A stretch of DNA of 64,000 nucleotides from contig NC_043002.1 in the NCBI RefSeq assembly GCF_006345805.1, forward strand, positions 21,700,001-21,764,000, written 5' to 3'. Both the position numbers and the translations under genes were made by a program. Shown here one piece after another: positions 39,161 to 53,266 of the stretch; the first letter of the stretch is position 1, and every line of letters begins with the position of its first letter. Source of the stretch: Octopus sinensis (lineage: Eukaryota). Under the pieces are notes generated by a model. The model was not told the DNA's origin. It was given only the letters and a program-made list of their open reading frames with translations, and searched no databases.

Positions 39161-40329
39161 CTTTCCTTCTTTTTTCATCCCCCCCCCCCATCCCTTCTTG
39201 ATAACTCCCTTCTACCTTCTTTCTGAAATCACCAAAGTTGCACTACATGGTACTCTGCAAAGTTCTGTGCAGACAGCTATCACTGCAATATACACACCTT
39301 GCGTAACAAACAACAGTTGCTCGTTAGGAAGCTAATGAGCTACTCTGCAATGGTACACATGTAACATCCTGTTTATTGATTGAACCTATCTTAATCAACA
39401 TTTTTGTTTTTTATATCTAGTTGTTTACCGTGTGTGTGTATCTTTGCATATGCATGAGTTTGTGTGTATATGTATATATGTGTGTATGTATAAATATACA
39501 TATATCTGTGTACACACATACTCCTATAGTAGGGGATTGTGGCCTAGTGGTTAGTGTGTTGGGCTCAGAATCATAAAGTCATGGGTTCAATTTCAGGACT
39601 AGGTGACACATTAAGTCCTTGTATAAGGCACTCCATTTTATTTTGCTCCTTCCAGTCTGCTGAAAAATGTGTACCAGAGGGTTCTTCCTTCCCTTCCTCC
39701 AGCTGTCACATCCTGGTGTTTCACTGGGTCAAGAGATCAAGGTTTGAGCAGCTGCCTGAGTCTGCATACTTAAAACAATTACTGAAAGCATGCTACATAC
39801 TTCCTAGCCATACTCACTAGTCATATGTATGTGTGTGTGTGTTGTTTAGTGGTGATCTACCCTTGGGCAAATCCTGTGCATGTGAACTTCTCCAGCACTC
39901 TCTATACAGCCTGGGAGGGCCTGTACCCTCCTTTGCTGCTGTTAAGTTGATTACAGGGGTTTCAGATACCATGACTAGACTTAATGGTGGATGTTCTGTT
40001 AGAACAAACTATACTGCAGTGGATACCATGAAAGAGGCTCTTGTATTGGCTTTTGGTGTAAAATACACTCTCATTTATTCTGCTTGCTGGGAGATAAATC
40101 CCTACCATCTCCAGTGCAGAGACCTCCAAATCATGTGATTTCAACCTTCCTTGGCTTTGTCAGTGGTGGACACTCGACTGCTAGAGATAGCAGCGACTCG
40201 TAATAGTGACTATGTAAAATTTCTATTTAACTTTTGCATTCCAGATGGCACTTAGGAAGCCTGGCATAATTCATGATGACAAAAATAACAATTTGTTATT
40301 AATTAGTGACATAACACTACCAAAAGTTT

Positions 40330-41070
40330 TTAATGTTGTGCACAGGTGTGTTGAGTAGTAAGGTGAATAGCTTAGGAATTACATTGGTCTAGCTGTTGAA
40401 TTACAACATCATAGCAGTAAAGAACTAGCTATCATCACAATTGTCTTTCCACCTCTTACCTACCTTATTGCATCTACCAACATTTCAGCCTCACACTTAT
40501 TACTTATTCCCAGCCCTTTATCCACAGAACACTGGTCCTCTAGAATCTCTGTTCCCTCTGTTCATGTCTTTTCTGTAAGTGTTGACCTGCAACACTGTGA
40601 TGCTTTAAATGAAACAGCATCAAACTTACTAGTTTCAGAAGGCCTGCAAAGGTTATTGGTACTTCCCATTCCTCAAAATCCAGCAAGTGAAAATATAAAA
40701 TTTCAATTTGTAATTAGTACATCAGCAATTATATGCAACCACTTATCTAAAGTTAAGGACAGATATCGATAATAATAATAATACATAAGAACATTCCAGA
40801 AAATAGCAATTTTTATCATTCAATATTGAGCTAGTTTATGGTTTGTTGGAAAGCCTTATAAAAGTGTTCCTTTTGTTCATCTCTCAGCCCTGTTTGTGAG
40901 GTGTATGCAGGTAAATGTTACCTCTGTGTTCTCCATGTTTACCCAAAGTTTAATTAAATTGCACCCTCTGACTACTTCAGTTACTTGATCTCTTTTTCTA
41001 CTAACAATATGCCTAAATCGAACATCCTCTGACCTCATTGCAGTTACCCATGCAGAAGAATTCACACCTT
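40330..41070 (+). mobile_element. Penelope-like GIY-YIG endonuclease remnant
   Basis: NVVHRCVE...LRNYIGLA (40332-40395), KDRYR..H....NSNFYHS.L, CEVYAGKCYLC and LNRTSSDLIAVTH, all broken by stops, frameshifts and an insertion. Confidence 0.5.
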
Positions 41071-44000
41071 TGTTCATATCACTCACAAGGAGGCTCTTTT
41101 TCATCTTGTCTCATGCACACAACACACATCTCTTGTTTGCTCCAATATCTCTGCAATCTCTCTTGAACTACTTTTTATTGTGCCAATGTAGACACAGATA
41201 TATACACTATAGAAGAGATACATGTGCACATATAAGTAAATGGACCATCCAAATGATTAGTACTCAGCTGAACTTCATGCTCATTGAACTAGCCTTTAAG
41301 TAATTGAACATTCCATAGACACACTGTTCTTAATATAATGAAATTCTGATATAGAATCAGGGTGATGCAGTGAGTGGTACATGCACACATATAGACACAC
41401 ATTCACATATACACTTAGTAATGATGTACTATTTGAATTAATGAAAACAGAGAGTCTTTGCTACAAAAATAAATGTTAAGTGTGTATGTGTTTGTGTTTG
41501 TCCACAAATAATATAAGATCATCAACAGAGATGAAAATCTACATCCATAGTTACTACCTCCACCACTACCACCACCACCACCACTGCTGCTACTACTACT
41601 ACTATTACTACTGCTGCTGCTGCTGCTACTACCACTACTTCTACTATGTGTGTGTGTGTCTGTGTTGGGGTATGTGCATGTAAAAATACATTATAGACTT
41701 CACAGCTAACCATCAATTACATTTTTTGGTATATTTAAAAAAAAATATTTCCCCTCTTATAATAGTTATTTTCTAATAGTCTATTAAATCTTTTATAGGC
41801 AATCATATATGTGTGTTTGTACATATTTATATGTGTATGCCTCTCCCTCCCCTCCCTCTCTCTCTCTCTCCCTCCCTACACACACACAATGTGCATGCAC
41901 ATACACATATACATGCATGTATGTGTTATCATCATCATCGCCGTCTTCATTTTACTTCCACTTTTCCATGCTAATGTAGTCCTGGATGAGGTTTCTGAGG
42001 CAGTGTTTCACAGCCAGATGTCATTCCTGTCACTATCCCTTTTAGTCACTTCTTAAGCACATGGGGACATGGTGTTCCTGTTCTAAAACTCACTAGCATG
42101 CGTACATACATGCACAAACATACACACAAACACATACACAATATATATATATATATGCACACGCACACACATATGCATATACATATGTTTACACACACAC
42201 ACATATATATACACAGCCACACATGCATATACATATGTCCATATATATTTACACATACACACACACACACATCTGTCTTTGAAGGCAGTTGATGATTCAC
42301 TCCGATTCTACTCAGATTCATATCATGTGCTTTCAATCGCTATATGAACATGAAATACACACACACACATGCATATATATATATGTTTATATACACACAC
42401 ACTCACATGCACACATGACATGCATAAATATATATAACAATGGCTATAACTCAACAAAAACAATATAGACATGTAACATGCGTTCACTATGTAATTATAT
42501 CTCCATACTGATGCATATCTCTGTGGAAAATGCATACAGATGATGCATTATCTGGATATATAAGTGTTGATATTCAGTGTTATATGCATGCATGTTCTTG
42601 TACTTATTTTTTGTTTTTGTATAACCACACAACAAACATATTAGGGTACTCCCATAAATATTTAACAGTTACATCATCTCTTTAATCCATCCTTTTTAAA
42701 ATAACCGATTTAATATTCCTAAAAGAGAGCTTCTAACATCAAAATCTAACTTTGACCTTTCTCTCACCTATGTTAAGTGACAAACTGAATTGGTGTTATG
42801 TCTTTTAACTGTCTTTTGTGAACACTAAATTAACTCAACTACCCTTGTATACAAAGAATCTTGATTAGTCAAAAGAAAAAACTTAAATCAACACAAATTG
42901 TCACTTGATTATGATACATTGCATACTTCTTTACTTACATACCTGACTAGATCATGAACAATAACAGCTTCCTTTATCAAACCAGAAAAACTGTCTCCAC
43001 CATCCATTTCTTTCAACACACACCCTACAAACATATATATTCCTCCTGTCCCTTTCCATCCTCTGCTTCCTACTCAACCACTTCTCTTGTCAGCCTGCAC
43101 CACACCCAGTTCTCTTTCACATTGTTCCATCTCTGAAAAGATCACATTGACAAAGACTATATAAATCCAGGAAGACAAAAGTCTACCACTGTTTGTCTGA
43201 TGATGGATAATAAGCAAGAACTTTGGAGTCCCTACCAACCTTTTCCTTTTAAATACATAAGAAATGACAGCAATATCATTGCTTGTTGCTGAGTAATTTT
43301 CAGAGAGGCAGAACTCTGAACAAACACACAGATACATATGTGTGTGCATGCTCACTCTTTCTCTCACAAACACACATTGACACATAAAATATATTGGAAG
43401 GACTTCTTTTCCTGTTTCTGCCAAACAAATATATTAATAAACCTTTGGTCAGCCTGAAGCTATTTCCAAGGTGCTGCATGGTGGGACTAAGCCATGTGGT
43501 TGGAAAGTAAACTTCTTAGCTATGCAACCATTGTAAGTATGTGAAATAAGATAGTCCTTAGTGGAGAAACAAGTAAAGGAAGGGCATCCAACTGTAAAGC
43601 AATTCTTCAATAATATTTTTGCTTAACTCATAATCTATGATAGCATGAAAAATGTAAAATTGAACAAACATTGATCGTTATCTTCACTGTTTTAACATCC
43701 ACTTTTCCATGATACACACACATGCACACACACACACAAACATGCATATACATACTCAATTTTCCATGCTATATACACTTATCTACAACCATCTATCTAT
43801 CTACACATACACACACACACACACTCACACATACAGACACATATATATGTATGTTACATATATATATGTACACACACATACACATGCACATTTTCCTGTA
43901 TATATTCATACATACATACATGCATATATATATGCACACACACTCTTATATTTAGTGAAAGATTCTATACACACACACACTCACACATACACCTATGTGT

Positions 44001-44910
44001 ATGCATGTATGTACATACATATGTACATGTACACACATATACACATGCACATTTTCCCATATTACATACATGCATATATATATATGCACACACACATGCA
44101 CATACACACACAGGTGCACACACACACTTTTATATTTACTTACAGATTCTATACACACACACACACACACACCTATACACTCACTCAAACTTATACATAT
44201 ACACACTTCTCCATAGGCACGGAGGGTTTCTTTTTTTCTTTTCTTTTTAAACTGATAACAGTAAAAAAAAAGTTCGGATGAACATTATATTCTATCTCTT
44301 AATAACAACGTTTTTTCCTCCCAGAAAGTTCCGCTGTATTTCAAAGCAACAGCATTTGCAGCATCAACAACAACAACAACAACAAAGTATACATATGAAT
44401 TTGATTCACAACGCAATTAGCAGCTGAAACGTTGCAATATTGTATTAGGTTGTTGACGCTGATGTTGCTGTTGTTATTGCTGTTGTTGTTGTTGATCCTG
44501 TTTCGTGTTATGCTGTAATTACCTTAGGTTATTATGCTTGAAGAAATACACACGCATATCCATATGTATGCACGCACACACACACACACTCACACTCACA
44601 CACGCACACATACACATACGTACGTACATATTTCTTTCTTAGCAAGGATGTATATTTAATATATCTTCATATACTAGAAATATATATTTGTGTGTTTATT
44701 TATATATGTATGTGTACATGTGTGTGTTTTATGCATACGTGTATATATATATATATATGTATGTATGTATGTTTGAGTGTATGTCTGTATTGTCACTATA
44801 TACTATGTATATATATAGATACAGACATATGCACACACACACACACACACACAAACATAAGTATTTCTTTCTTAGCAAAAATGTATATTTAATGTCCACA
44901 TATACTAGAA

Positions 44911-44999
<89 letters not shown>

Positions 45000-45046
45000 A
45001 TGGAACAAAGCTAATATATATATGTGTGTGTTTCATATATATATAT

Positions 45047-45345
45047 ATAAAATATTATTCGAGACAAACCACTATTTTGCAAAACAAACAAGGAAAGACT
45101 TAATTAATACATAAAATTTAATAAATAGTCAAAAAACCGCCACTACAATCGTTTCTTGTCTGATCGACAATCTTCAGGTGGACTTCCAATAATTCAGTGT
45201 CAAATTTTATGTATAATAAGTCTTTCCTTGTTTGTTTTGCAAAATAGTGGTTTTGTCTCGAATAATATTTATAATATTTTACTATAAAATCGATTTAATC
45301 CTAAATCTGATTTTTTCCCTGTAAATTTGGATTTATTCCCTAATA
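45047..45345. mobile_element. Penelope-like fold-back element (~70-bp inverted arms around a hammerhead)
   Basis: 45050-45119 is the reverse complement of 45202-45270 with only small indels; right end ttttttccctgtaaatttggatttattccct is shared with 57965-58030; embedded in (TA)n. Confidence 0.8.
45140..45181 (-). ncRNA. Minimal type I hammerhead ribozyme
   Basis: Minus strand CCAC-CUGAAGA-UUGUC-GAUCA-GACAA-GAAAC-GAUU-GUA/GUGG: all core nucleotides present, stem I 4 bp, stem II 5 bp, stem III 2 bp, GUA cleavage triplet (cut between 45144 and 45143). Confidence 0.8.
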
Positions 45346-45350
45346 TTTAT

Positions 45351-45395
<45 letters not shown>

Positions 45396-46562
45396 TGTAT
45401 GTCTGTATTGTCAGCATATACTATACAATCACACACACACACATATGCACACATACACACACACAGTTATTTCCTTCTGTTGTGACTCAGTTTCTTTCAG
45501 TCACACACACACATACAAGGTGTGTCGCTACATTTCTTCAGGCTATATTGTGGAATTATGAATGATGGTGGAAAACGTTAAGTCTGTCACAGAATACGCT
45601 AAGTCCATGGATACACTTGAAATGTTGGGTTTTGTTTTTTGTTTTAGTTAAGGCTAGTCCCATGACTGGACTTGTTGTTGCTAAGAGATCCTTTTTAATG
45701 GGGGCTACTACACATCATAAAGGGAAGTACTCAAAGTTTCTGTGGCACAAAAGCTGTTTTAGAGTCTAGAGTCAATTTCTGTAAGTTGTGATATTCAAGC
45801 GTTTGGGAGTTGGATGTGTTCCAAAAGGAACCACTGCTAGTAAGGGCAGTTGGACAATATCTCTTATTTCTACTTAAGAGATGTTGCAAGTTGCTTCATT
45901 TTCTAGAATTTTCCTATCAGATAAAAATTTTAAGTCCTGTGGCTCTTAAATGTATGGCTTGATTTTATTAGCTTTGTTCCATGTTATTTGGACAGGGAAC
46001 ATTTCATTCTTTGGTTTTTGAGTTTGCAGAGGAATTGTGATACAAAGGTGGAATTTTGCTTGGATATGTGTTTCAAAAACAAGTCCTTGTGCTGTTGCTG
46101 TTTAATATTCCAATGTATACATGCACAAACACATCCATACATACACCTATCCTATACACAACACACAAACACACACTTGTGCAAGCACAAATACACATAC
46201 ACACTTGTATATAAAGAAGGATTTCTTGAATCATTGCTTTCTAATTCTGCCATTGCAGTCAACTTCCATATACGGTCACACAAGGTGATTAACCTGCATA
46301 CGCACACATACACATGCCCACATTTACTCATACATGCACATAAACAACTATATATAAATATATATATAGCAATATAACCACAGACGTGCTGTTGGCTATT
46401 TCTTTTGACTTTTCCCTTTCTCCTTTCCAACAAAGAGCTATGCTCAAAACATCAAACTCTCTCTTTCTACCAAGCGTCAAACTAATACATTCCTTGTGCA
46501 CATCCTCTTGTTGTCCATTAACTTTATTATTCATTTTTTGAATTGATTGTTTATTTGAATTG

Positions 46563-46601
<39 letters not shown>

Positions 46602-46602
46602 A

Positions 46603-46893
<291 letters not shown>

Positions 46894-47588
46894 TGATAAA
46901 GCTCTCCAGGTTTGAAGTCTTCTTGTCATCAGCCTGGAGAAATCATACAAAGAAAGAAGTCTTCTTCCCACCACTGCAGTCTCCATGACTGCCACCATTG
47001 TTGTCAGACAATCACATCATCAAGATATCAAAACTATGAAATAATGCTTGATTAACTTTTAAAAATGAGAATAAATAGGCTTTACATTTGGTACAGTAAC
47101 CCGAATGCTAAAGGGTTAAAGAAGTTAGAAAAGTTTACAAGGAAATTTAGCAAGTACATTAAATAGGTTTAGTTTTTGCACCAAAAGTTCTTACCGTGAT
47201 TCATGTGGTCTCCAATTAAAAGACTTCAGGATGCCTTTTAAAGAGAGATTTAGCTGCTATGTTATGCATGTAGGTCAAGCAATGGCATCAAAGCTCTTAT
47301 TCATGGCAGATGTGGTATTTTGAGCATCTTGAGTGATCCTGTAACAGGCACTCCCTTCAGGCAAGCAGGTCAAGTGCCTATGTAGAAATTTCTTTACTGC
47401 TTACCACAAAACTGACATTTTTTTGGTCAAGTTGCTCCATAGTTAAATGATTAACCATTCTTGATAAAAAGGAAAAAGAAAAAAAAAGGAAACCACCTAC
47501 AACTTCCTGTTTCTGTGATACAAACTTCCTGTTTTAAAATTAAAACATTCCATCAAAATTTCATGTTATGTTCCAAACACCAGCTTAA

Positions 47589-47809
47589 CCCTTTTGTTAC
47601 TGTATTTAGTTTGAGATGTTCTGTGTTTCTTTCAATTACTTTAAATATAACAAAGAATTTAGTAAAATAACTTAGTTATCATTAAGCTAGTGTTAGGAAC
47701 ATAAATTGTGACTAAGGTTTGGTGGAAAATTTTAATCCAAAACTTATGAAAACAAGACATTTGTACTACAAAGCCAGGGTCGGTTTCAGCTGGGTTGGTA
47801 ACGAATGGG
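47589..47809 (+). mobile_element. piggyBac-type MITE
   Basis: TTAA at 47585-47588 and 47810-47813, CCC...GGG ends; inverted homologue at 57267-57488. Confidence 0.85.
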
Positions 47810-48004
47810 TTAATAAGGTGCAAGTTATTTCATTAAATTTATCATCATTTTCAAAATTAAATCAAGCTAAGACAGAAATATGGTCGAAGAAAAAGGGTTA
47901 AATCCTTTCCTTGAATAAAGACATTGTTAGTTTTTGTTGTTGTTGTTGATCATTGAAATTTTTACCTGTATTTTTGTTTACTTATTTATTTTATATTTTT
48001 GTAG

Positions 48005-48385
<381 letters not shown>

Positions 48386-49518
48386 TGAGTAGGGGATAAA
48401 GGGAGAAATAGAAAGAGTGAGAGAGAGAGAGAGAAGGGAGTGAACATTCATAGCTTCCAATCATGTATGGCTGAGTATGACAAGAGGGGAGGGTCTTACC
48501 AGTGACTGTTAGGTTAGATTTTACAAGTCTTAGTCAATGATTGTGTAATAGATAAATTCTCCTTACAATCAAATGATTCCCGGTTTGAGCCCATTGTGTG
48601 ACACTTTGATTTAGTGTCTCTTAGTGTAGTTTGCATTGACCAATACCTTGAGATTGAAATTTGGTAGTATTTGAAGTAGCTCATCAAATACACACATATA
48701 CATAAATGTATCGGCACCCTCATCTCAAGTAGGTCATGCAATCAAGAAGAAACTTCATTGATTACCATAAAGCTGAGATATTTTTGTTAGTTCTGTTCAT
48801 TATTCTGTGATTAAACTCCTTGATAACTATTCAAAATATATAATGTGTATATTGGCAAAATATTTACACATTGTTAAGAAAATTGCTGATAAACCATTTC
48901 ATCAAACAAAAGTACTTTGTGCTGTTTAATCTGCCTGAGCTGCACAGACAGTCCCTTGTCTGTATCATTATTAGAAAACAAAAAGCAATGAACAATGTAA
49001 TTGGTCAGTTGAAAACCTACATATACATTATTGTGTTCATTAAAATCTGATGTAACATAATAAGTAACTCTGTTCCATTCTGTAGCGGTGGTCTTTATCT
49101 GATAAAGTAGTTTAAATATTTGAACATTAAGTTCAGCTGCTAATATTACTGGTTGCAGATTTGTTGCTTTGTTTAGTATTGGAGCCTTATCACTGCAATG
49201 GTTCTTATCTGTGGCTCAGTGCTTTGTATTAACTCTTCCACTGTATTACTGATACTTGTTATCAGTTGTCATCAGCCCACACCTTTGTGCTATGGTGTGG
49301 TCTGAGAAAGATACTCAATGTTCCTTTCTTCAGTTACCTGGTAGCAATTGTAAAGCTGGTATTCAAAGACAGACATAAGGAGAGAGAGAGAAAATGAAAA
49401 AAAAAATACAGAGAAAGAGAGAGTAGAGAGAATTGGATGCTTGGTGCTTTTCAAATTAGCATGATGGTGTAACAATCCAAGATCAAACCTTTATATTGTA
49501 CATGAGAGAATATATATA

Positions 49519-51415
49519 CAGGGTGTCCTCTGAAAATGATTACACATTGAGTGATTATAAAATCAGTGTTTATTAAAATATATTTCATTTTCAAGATTTA
49601 ATAGAGTCTACAGACACAATTTAATTTTTTTTAATGAATGCTGGACCAGTCACTACTGATAATGTGAAGCAATGGAATCACAAGCACCTAGAAACACTTT
49701 ATTCAGTATTTCTGCATGTTCTCGATCAATGGCTGCCTTCAGTTTGTCAACTGTTGTCTTTTTTTATACCATAAAATTTATTGTATAAGAATCTAGTGAT
49801 GTGAGTTCTGGTGAATTGGAGGGTTTTCTGTTCAACATCTTTATCCAGTCCACTTGTTTGGCAAAATCTCATCAAAGTAGGTTCTTACTATGGGTAGTCT
49901 GGAGGTGCCTTATCTTGCTGGAAATAAGACTCTGCATCTTCAAAGTCCTTTTGAATGCTTGGCTTGACAGATTGTCACTGCAAGTTCAAGTAAATAGGGC
50001 CATTCACAGTACTGTAAAAAAAAAACGGGACAATTATTCCTTTCGATCATAAACTACACCATAGTGTTACTCCTGGTAAATCAATATGATGACTTCAATA
50101 ATAAACATATTCTCAGGTCCCTTATAGATGTAAATGCGGAAGCAAATTGAGCCATTTGATTTAAATGTAGCTTTGTTACTCCAATCTTTGTTGTAAACAA
50201 TGCATTTTCTATGCATCTTCCCAAGTACCACTTGCAAAACTCCACACTTTTGTCTGGATAATCTTCATTGAGATCACAGACAATTCTTGGAATGTAACTT
50301 TTCAATCACAGTACAGGATGGTCCGAAAGTCTTGTTGCCCCCCACTACATATTATTGTCATTGTTATCATTATTTTTTGTTTTAGCACTTCACACACACA
50401 TACACATGTAATGCTTTGGGCTGCCATATCAAGTAAGCACCTGATAGGACCCTATTTCTTCTATGACACTGTTAACCAACACTATTACTTGGCCGTGTTT
50501 AGGGAGTGGTTTGTTCCATAGCTCCAGAGGTTAAATGTTGACCTGAATGATTGTTGGTTTCAACAAGACGGTGCCTTGCCCCACTATGCTATCACTGTCC
50601 ACAAATACCTAAGTGAAGTTTTTCGGAATAGATGGATAGGGTGAGGATCACAACAACTTCCAGCACCTGTTGATTGGCCTCCCAGAAGTCCAGACCTCAC
50701 ATCTTGCAATAACGCTCTGTGGGGTATTATCAAAGAGAGAGTTTCACATGAACGATACCAGAATACCCATCAGTAGATGGACACTGTTTGGAGAGCCTTT
50801 GCAACAATCACCAAAGCACAGTTTCGAAAAATATCATACATGACATGGCGCCGCATCATTTTGTGCCATGAAAATGATGGTGTTCATACAGACCTCCTCA
50901 ATGTGTGACAGCGTCAATGAAAGGGAATAAACTAAATCCAATTCATGCTTTGGGCTACTTCATCTATTGTTCTCATTGCTTTTTGGTTAGGGGTAACAAG
51001 ACTTTTGGATGCCACCCTGTACTTTGAAATGCTTGATTTTGAGATTCCTCATGAATTGCTTGTTGCACAGATTTTCTTCAACTTTAGCAATACATTTCTA
51101 GTATTCATTCTTGCTTTGTGGGACTCATTTTCTGGAATACTTCTTGTGGACATTTTTAATAGTTCTGTCAGCTTCAGATTTATCTCTAATTCAAATGATA
51201 AGTCACATGGGTGGATTTCTTTGATACTCCCTCCTCCTAAATTATTTCTACACATCAGCTGTATTTTCAAACTTCCAGTATTTTCAAATTTCCTTTGTTC
51301 AAAGCTTATCCCGACTACCTTCATTATTCCTAATAGATTTTAAGTGTCTAAAAAGACTTGAAAATTTAGTGAGATATCAACTGTTAAAGTATGTATACAT
51401 TTTTGGGACAGCCTG
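49519..51415 (-). mobile_element. Tc1/mariner-superfamily transposon (outer), decayed transposase
   Basis: TA|cagggtgtcc ... ggacagcctg|TA TIRs. Minus-strand SFEQRKF..TGSLK (N-terminus, ORF 51049-51324), [24 protein letters not shown] (ORF 50081-50305), and SPELTSLD...TVDKLKAAI. Confidence 0.8.
50314..51019 (+). mobile_element. Tc1/mariner-superfamily transposon (inner), internally deleted
   Basis: TA|caggatggtccgaaagtcttgttgccccc ... ggggtaacaagacttttggatgccaccctg|TA; encodes HVMLWAAIS...GPYFF...WFQQDGA.PHY...WPPRSPDLT...LWGIIKERV with stops. Confidence 0.85.
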
Positions 51416-52124
51416 TATATATATTATATTCTCAGCACAGTTTAATTTTGTTTGTTTATTGGTTTCCTTTTCACCAGTAGAGGTGGAAGGAAGACAGTTG
51501 TGATTTTAAAAGATATTTCTTTATTTTGTACGTTTGTATATTTGTATAAGCAATACAATTGATTTAACACGAGGTCAATCATTGTAATCTTTAACAACAC
51601 ATTTGTAAAATAGGGGATGGAGCCCTTTTGTTAATCAGTACAGTCTGAGACATGAAGAGTTATGTAGCTTGCATCTGTTACACACAACCCAGTGCTTGCT
51701 GTAATTTTAATGTTTGAACTTACATTCACAAGATCAGTAATCAGTAGCACAGCCAGCTGAACTTCACAGTTACATAGATGGACAAACACACTACCTGGTT
51801 CCATGCTAAGGTCTGGTCCTTGTATATTTTAGCAGAGTTCAATCTGACAAACATTTTGGCAAATACTTACAACATCCTTCACTGTTCATGTTTTTCCATT
51901 TTTGGCAGACATTATTAGAATTAAGCAGATAGTATCCATAAAGAACTGCACAAAATGTCTTGTGGTGTTATGTTCTAAGTTCCATTGACATCATCTTTGA
52001 CTTCTGCTCTTCGGGGCTTGATAAATTATGTACCAGTCAAGTACACCATTGAGACTATGTAAGAAATCTATATAATAATAATAGCAATAATAATAATAAT
52101 AATAATAATAATAATTTTTATTGT

Positions 52125-52320
52125 AGGCACAAGGTTGGCAATTTAAGGGAGGGGTATAGTCGATTACATCAACCTCAGTACTCAACTGGTACTTATTTTA
52201 TTGACCCTGAAAGGATGAAAGGCAAAGTCAGCCTTGGCAGAATTTGAACTCCGAATGTGAAGACGGATGAAATGCTGCTGAGCATTTAGCTCCACATGCT
52301 AACAATTCTGCTAGCTTGTC
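52125..52320 (-). mobile_element. Family B SINE flanked by (AAT)n
   Basis: Family B motifs; (aat)n on both sides. Confidence 0.75.
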
Positions 52321-53266
52321 ATCTTAATAATAATAATAATGATAATGATAATAATAATAATAATACTAATAATTATTATTATTATTATTATTATTATAAT
52401 TATGGTGAGCTGGAAGAATTGTCAGAGTATTGAATGAAATGCCTTGCGATACGAGGGAATGCTGAAAAGTTCCTGGCTGTAAGGGTATAACAAATAGCCT
52501 GGTTGTGGGCCTAACCTTCTGAGTTTTTTTTTTTTTTTACAGGGCTCAGAAAAACTGAAGCCCCACTTCAACAAGTGTGTGAATCTGAGAGGAAAATATG
52601 TTGAATAAAATCACAATTAACAGATCCTCCTGTATAATCTTTTACCCAAAACATCTTTTCAGCATCCCTTTGCATATATTCCACTCTGAATTCAAGTCCT
52701 GCTTAGGTCAATTTTGCCTTTAATCCTTCCTGAGTTGATAAAATACATTAGGGTCAACGGTATCATCTGACCTCCTTGCCCACAAAACTGCTAGTCTTGT
52801 GCCGAAATCAGGAAAAATCATTATAAATTATTACTACTTGCAGTGCACATAGGTTTACGCAAATTGTTGTGTATTTTATGGAGTTGTTTTGCCAGTTCAA
52901 TACCCAACCTGATTTTTTCTTGAAGGAAGCAGTTTATTTTTTCCCTAACAGTTTGAGCTAATGAAACAGTCAGCAGTATTACAGTGCTACTGCTGCTGCC
53001 AGCAATGAATTACACCATTATTTAGGCACTTAGCTCTACTTTTACAGCTAAATGGAATAGAGTAGGTTGTTGAGTGTTAGATGTCTTTGCCATAGATTGT
53101 AGTGAGACTCAATCTAGTCAACTTTGCAATGATTGTCCTCTTCTATATTGACTTATTTGCTTTGTTGTTATGTAATTGACAATTACTTTGTTGTTGCTTA
53201 ATTGATTAACAAATTTATTAATTATTTTCTTTTCTTTTTTTTTTTTCTTTTTACAAATTATTGCAG

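Noticed and set aside
53202-53266. Start of the 689-aa ORF (MINKFINYFLFFFF)
   Set aside because: This is the intronic polypyrimidine tract; the real exon starts at 53267.
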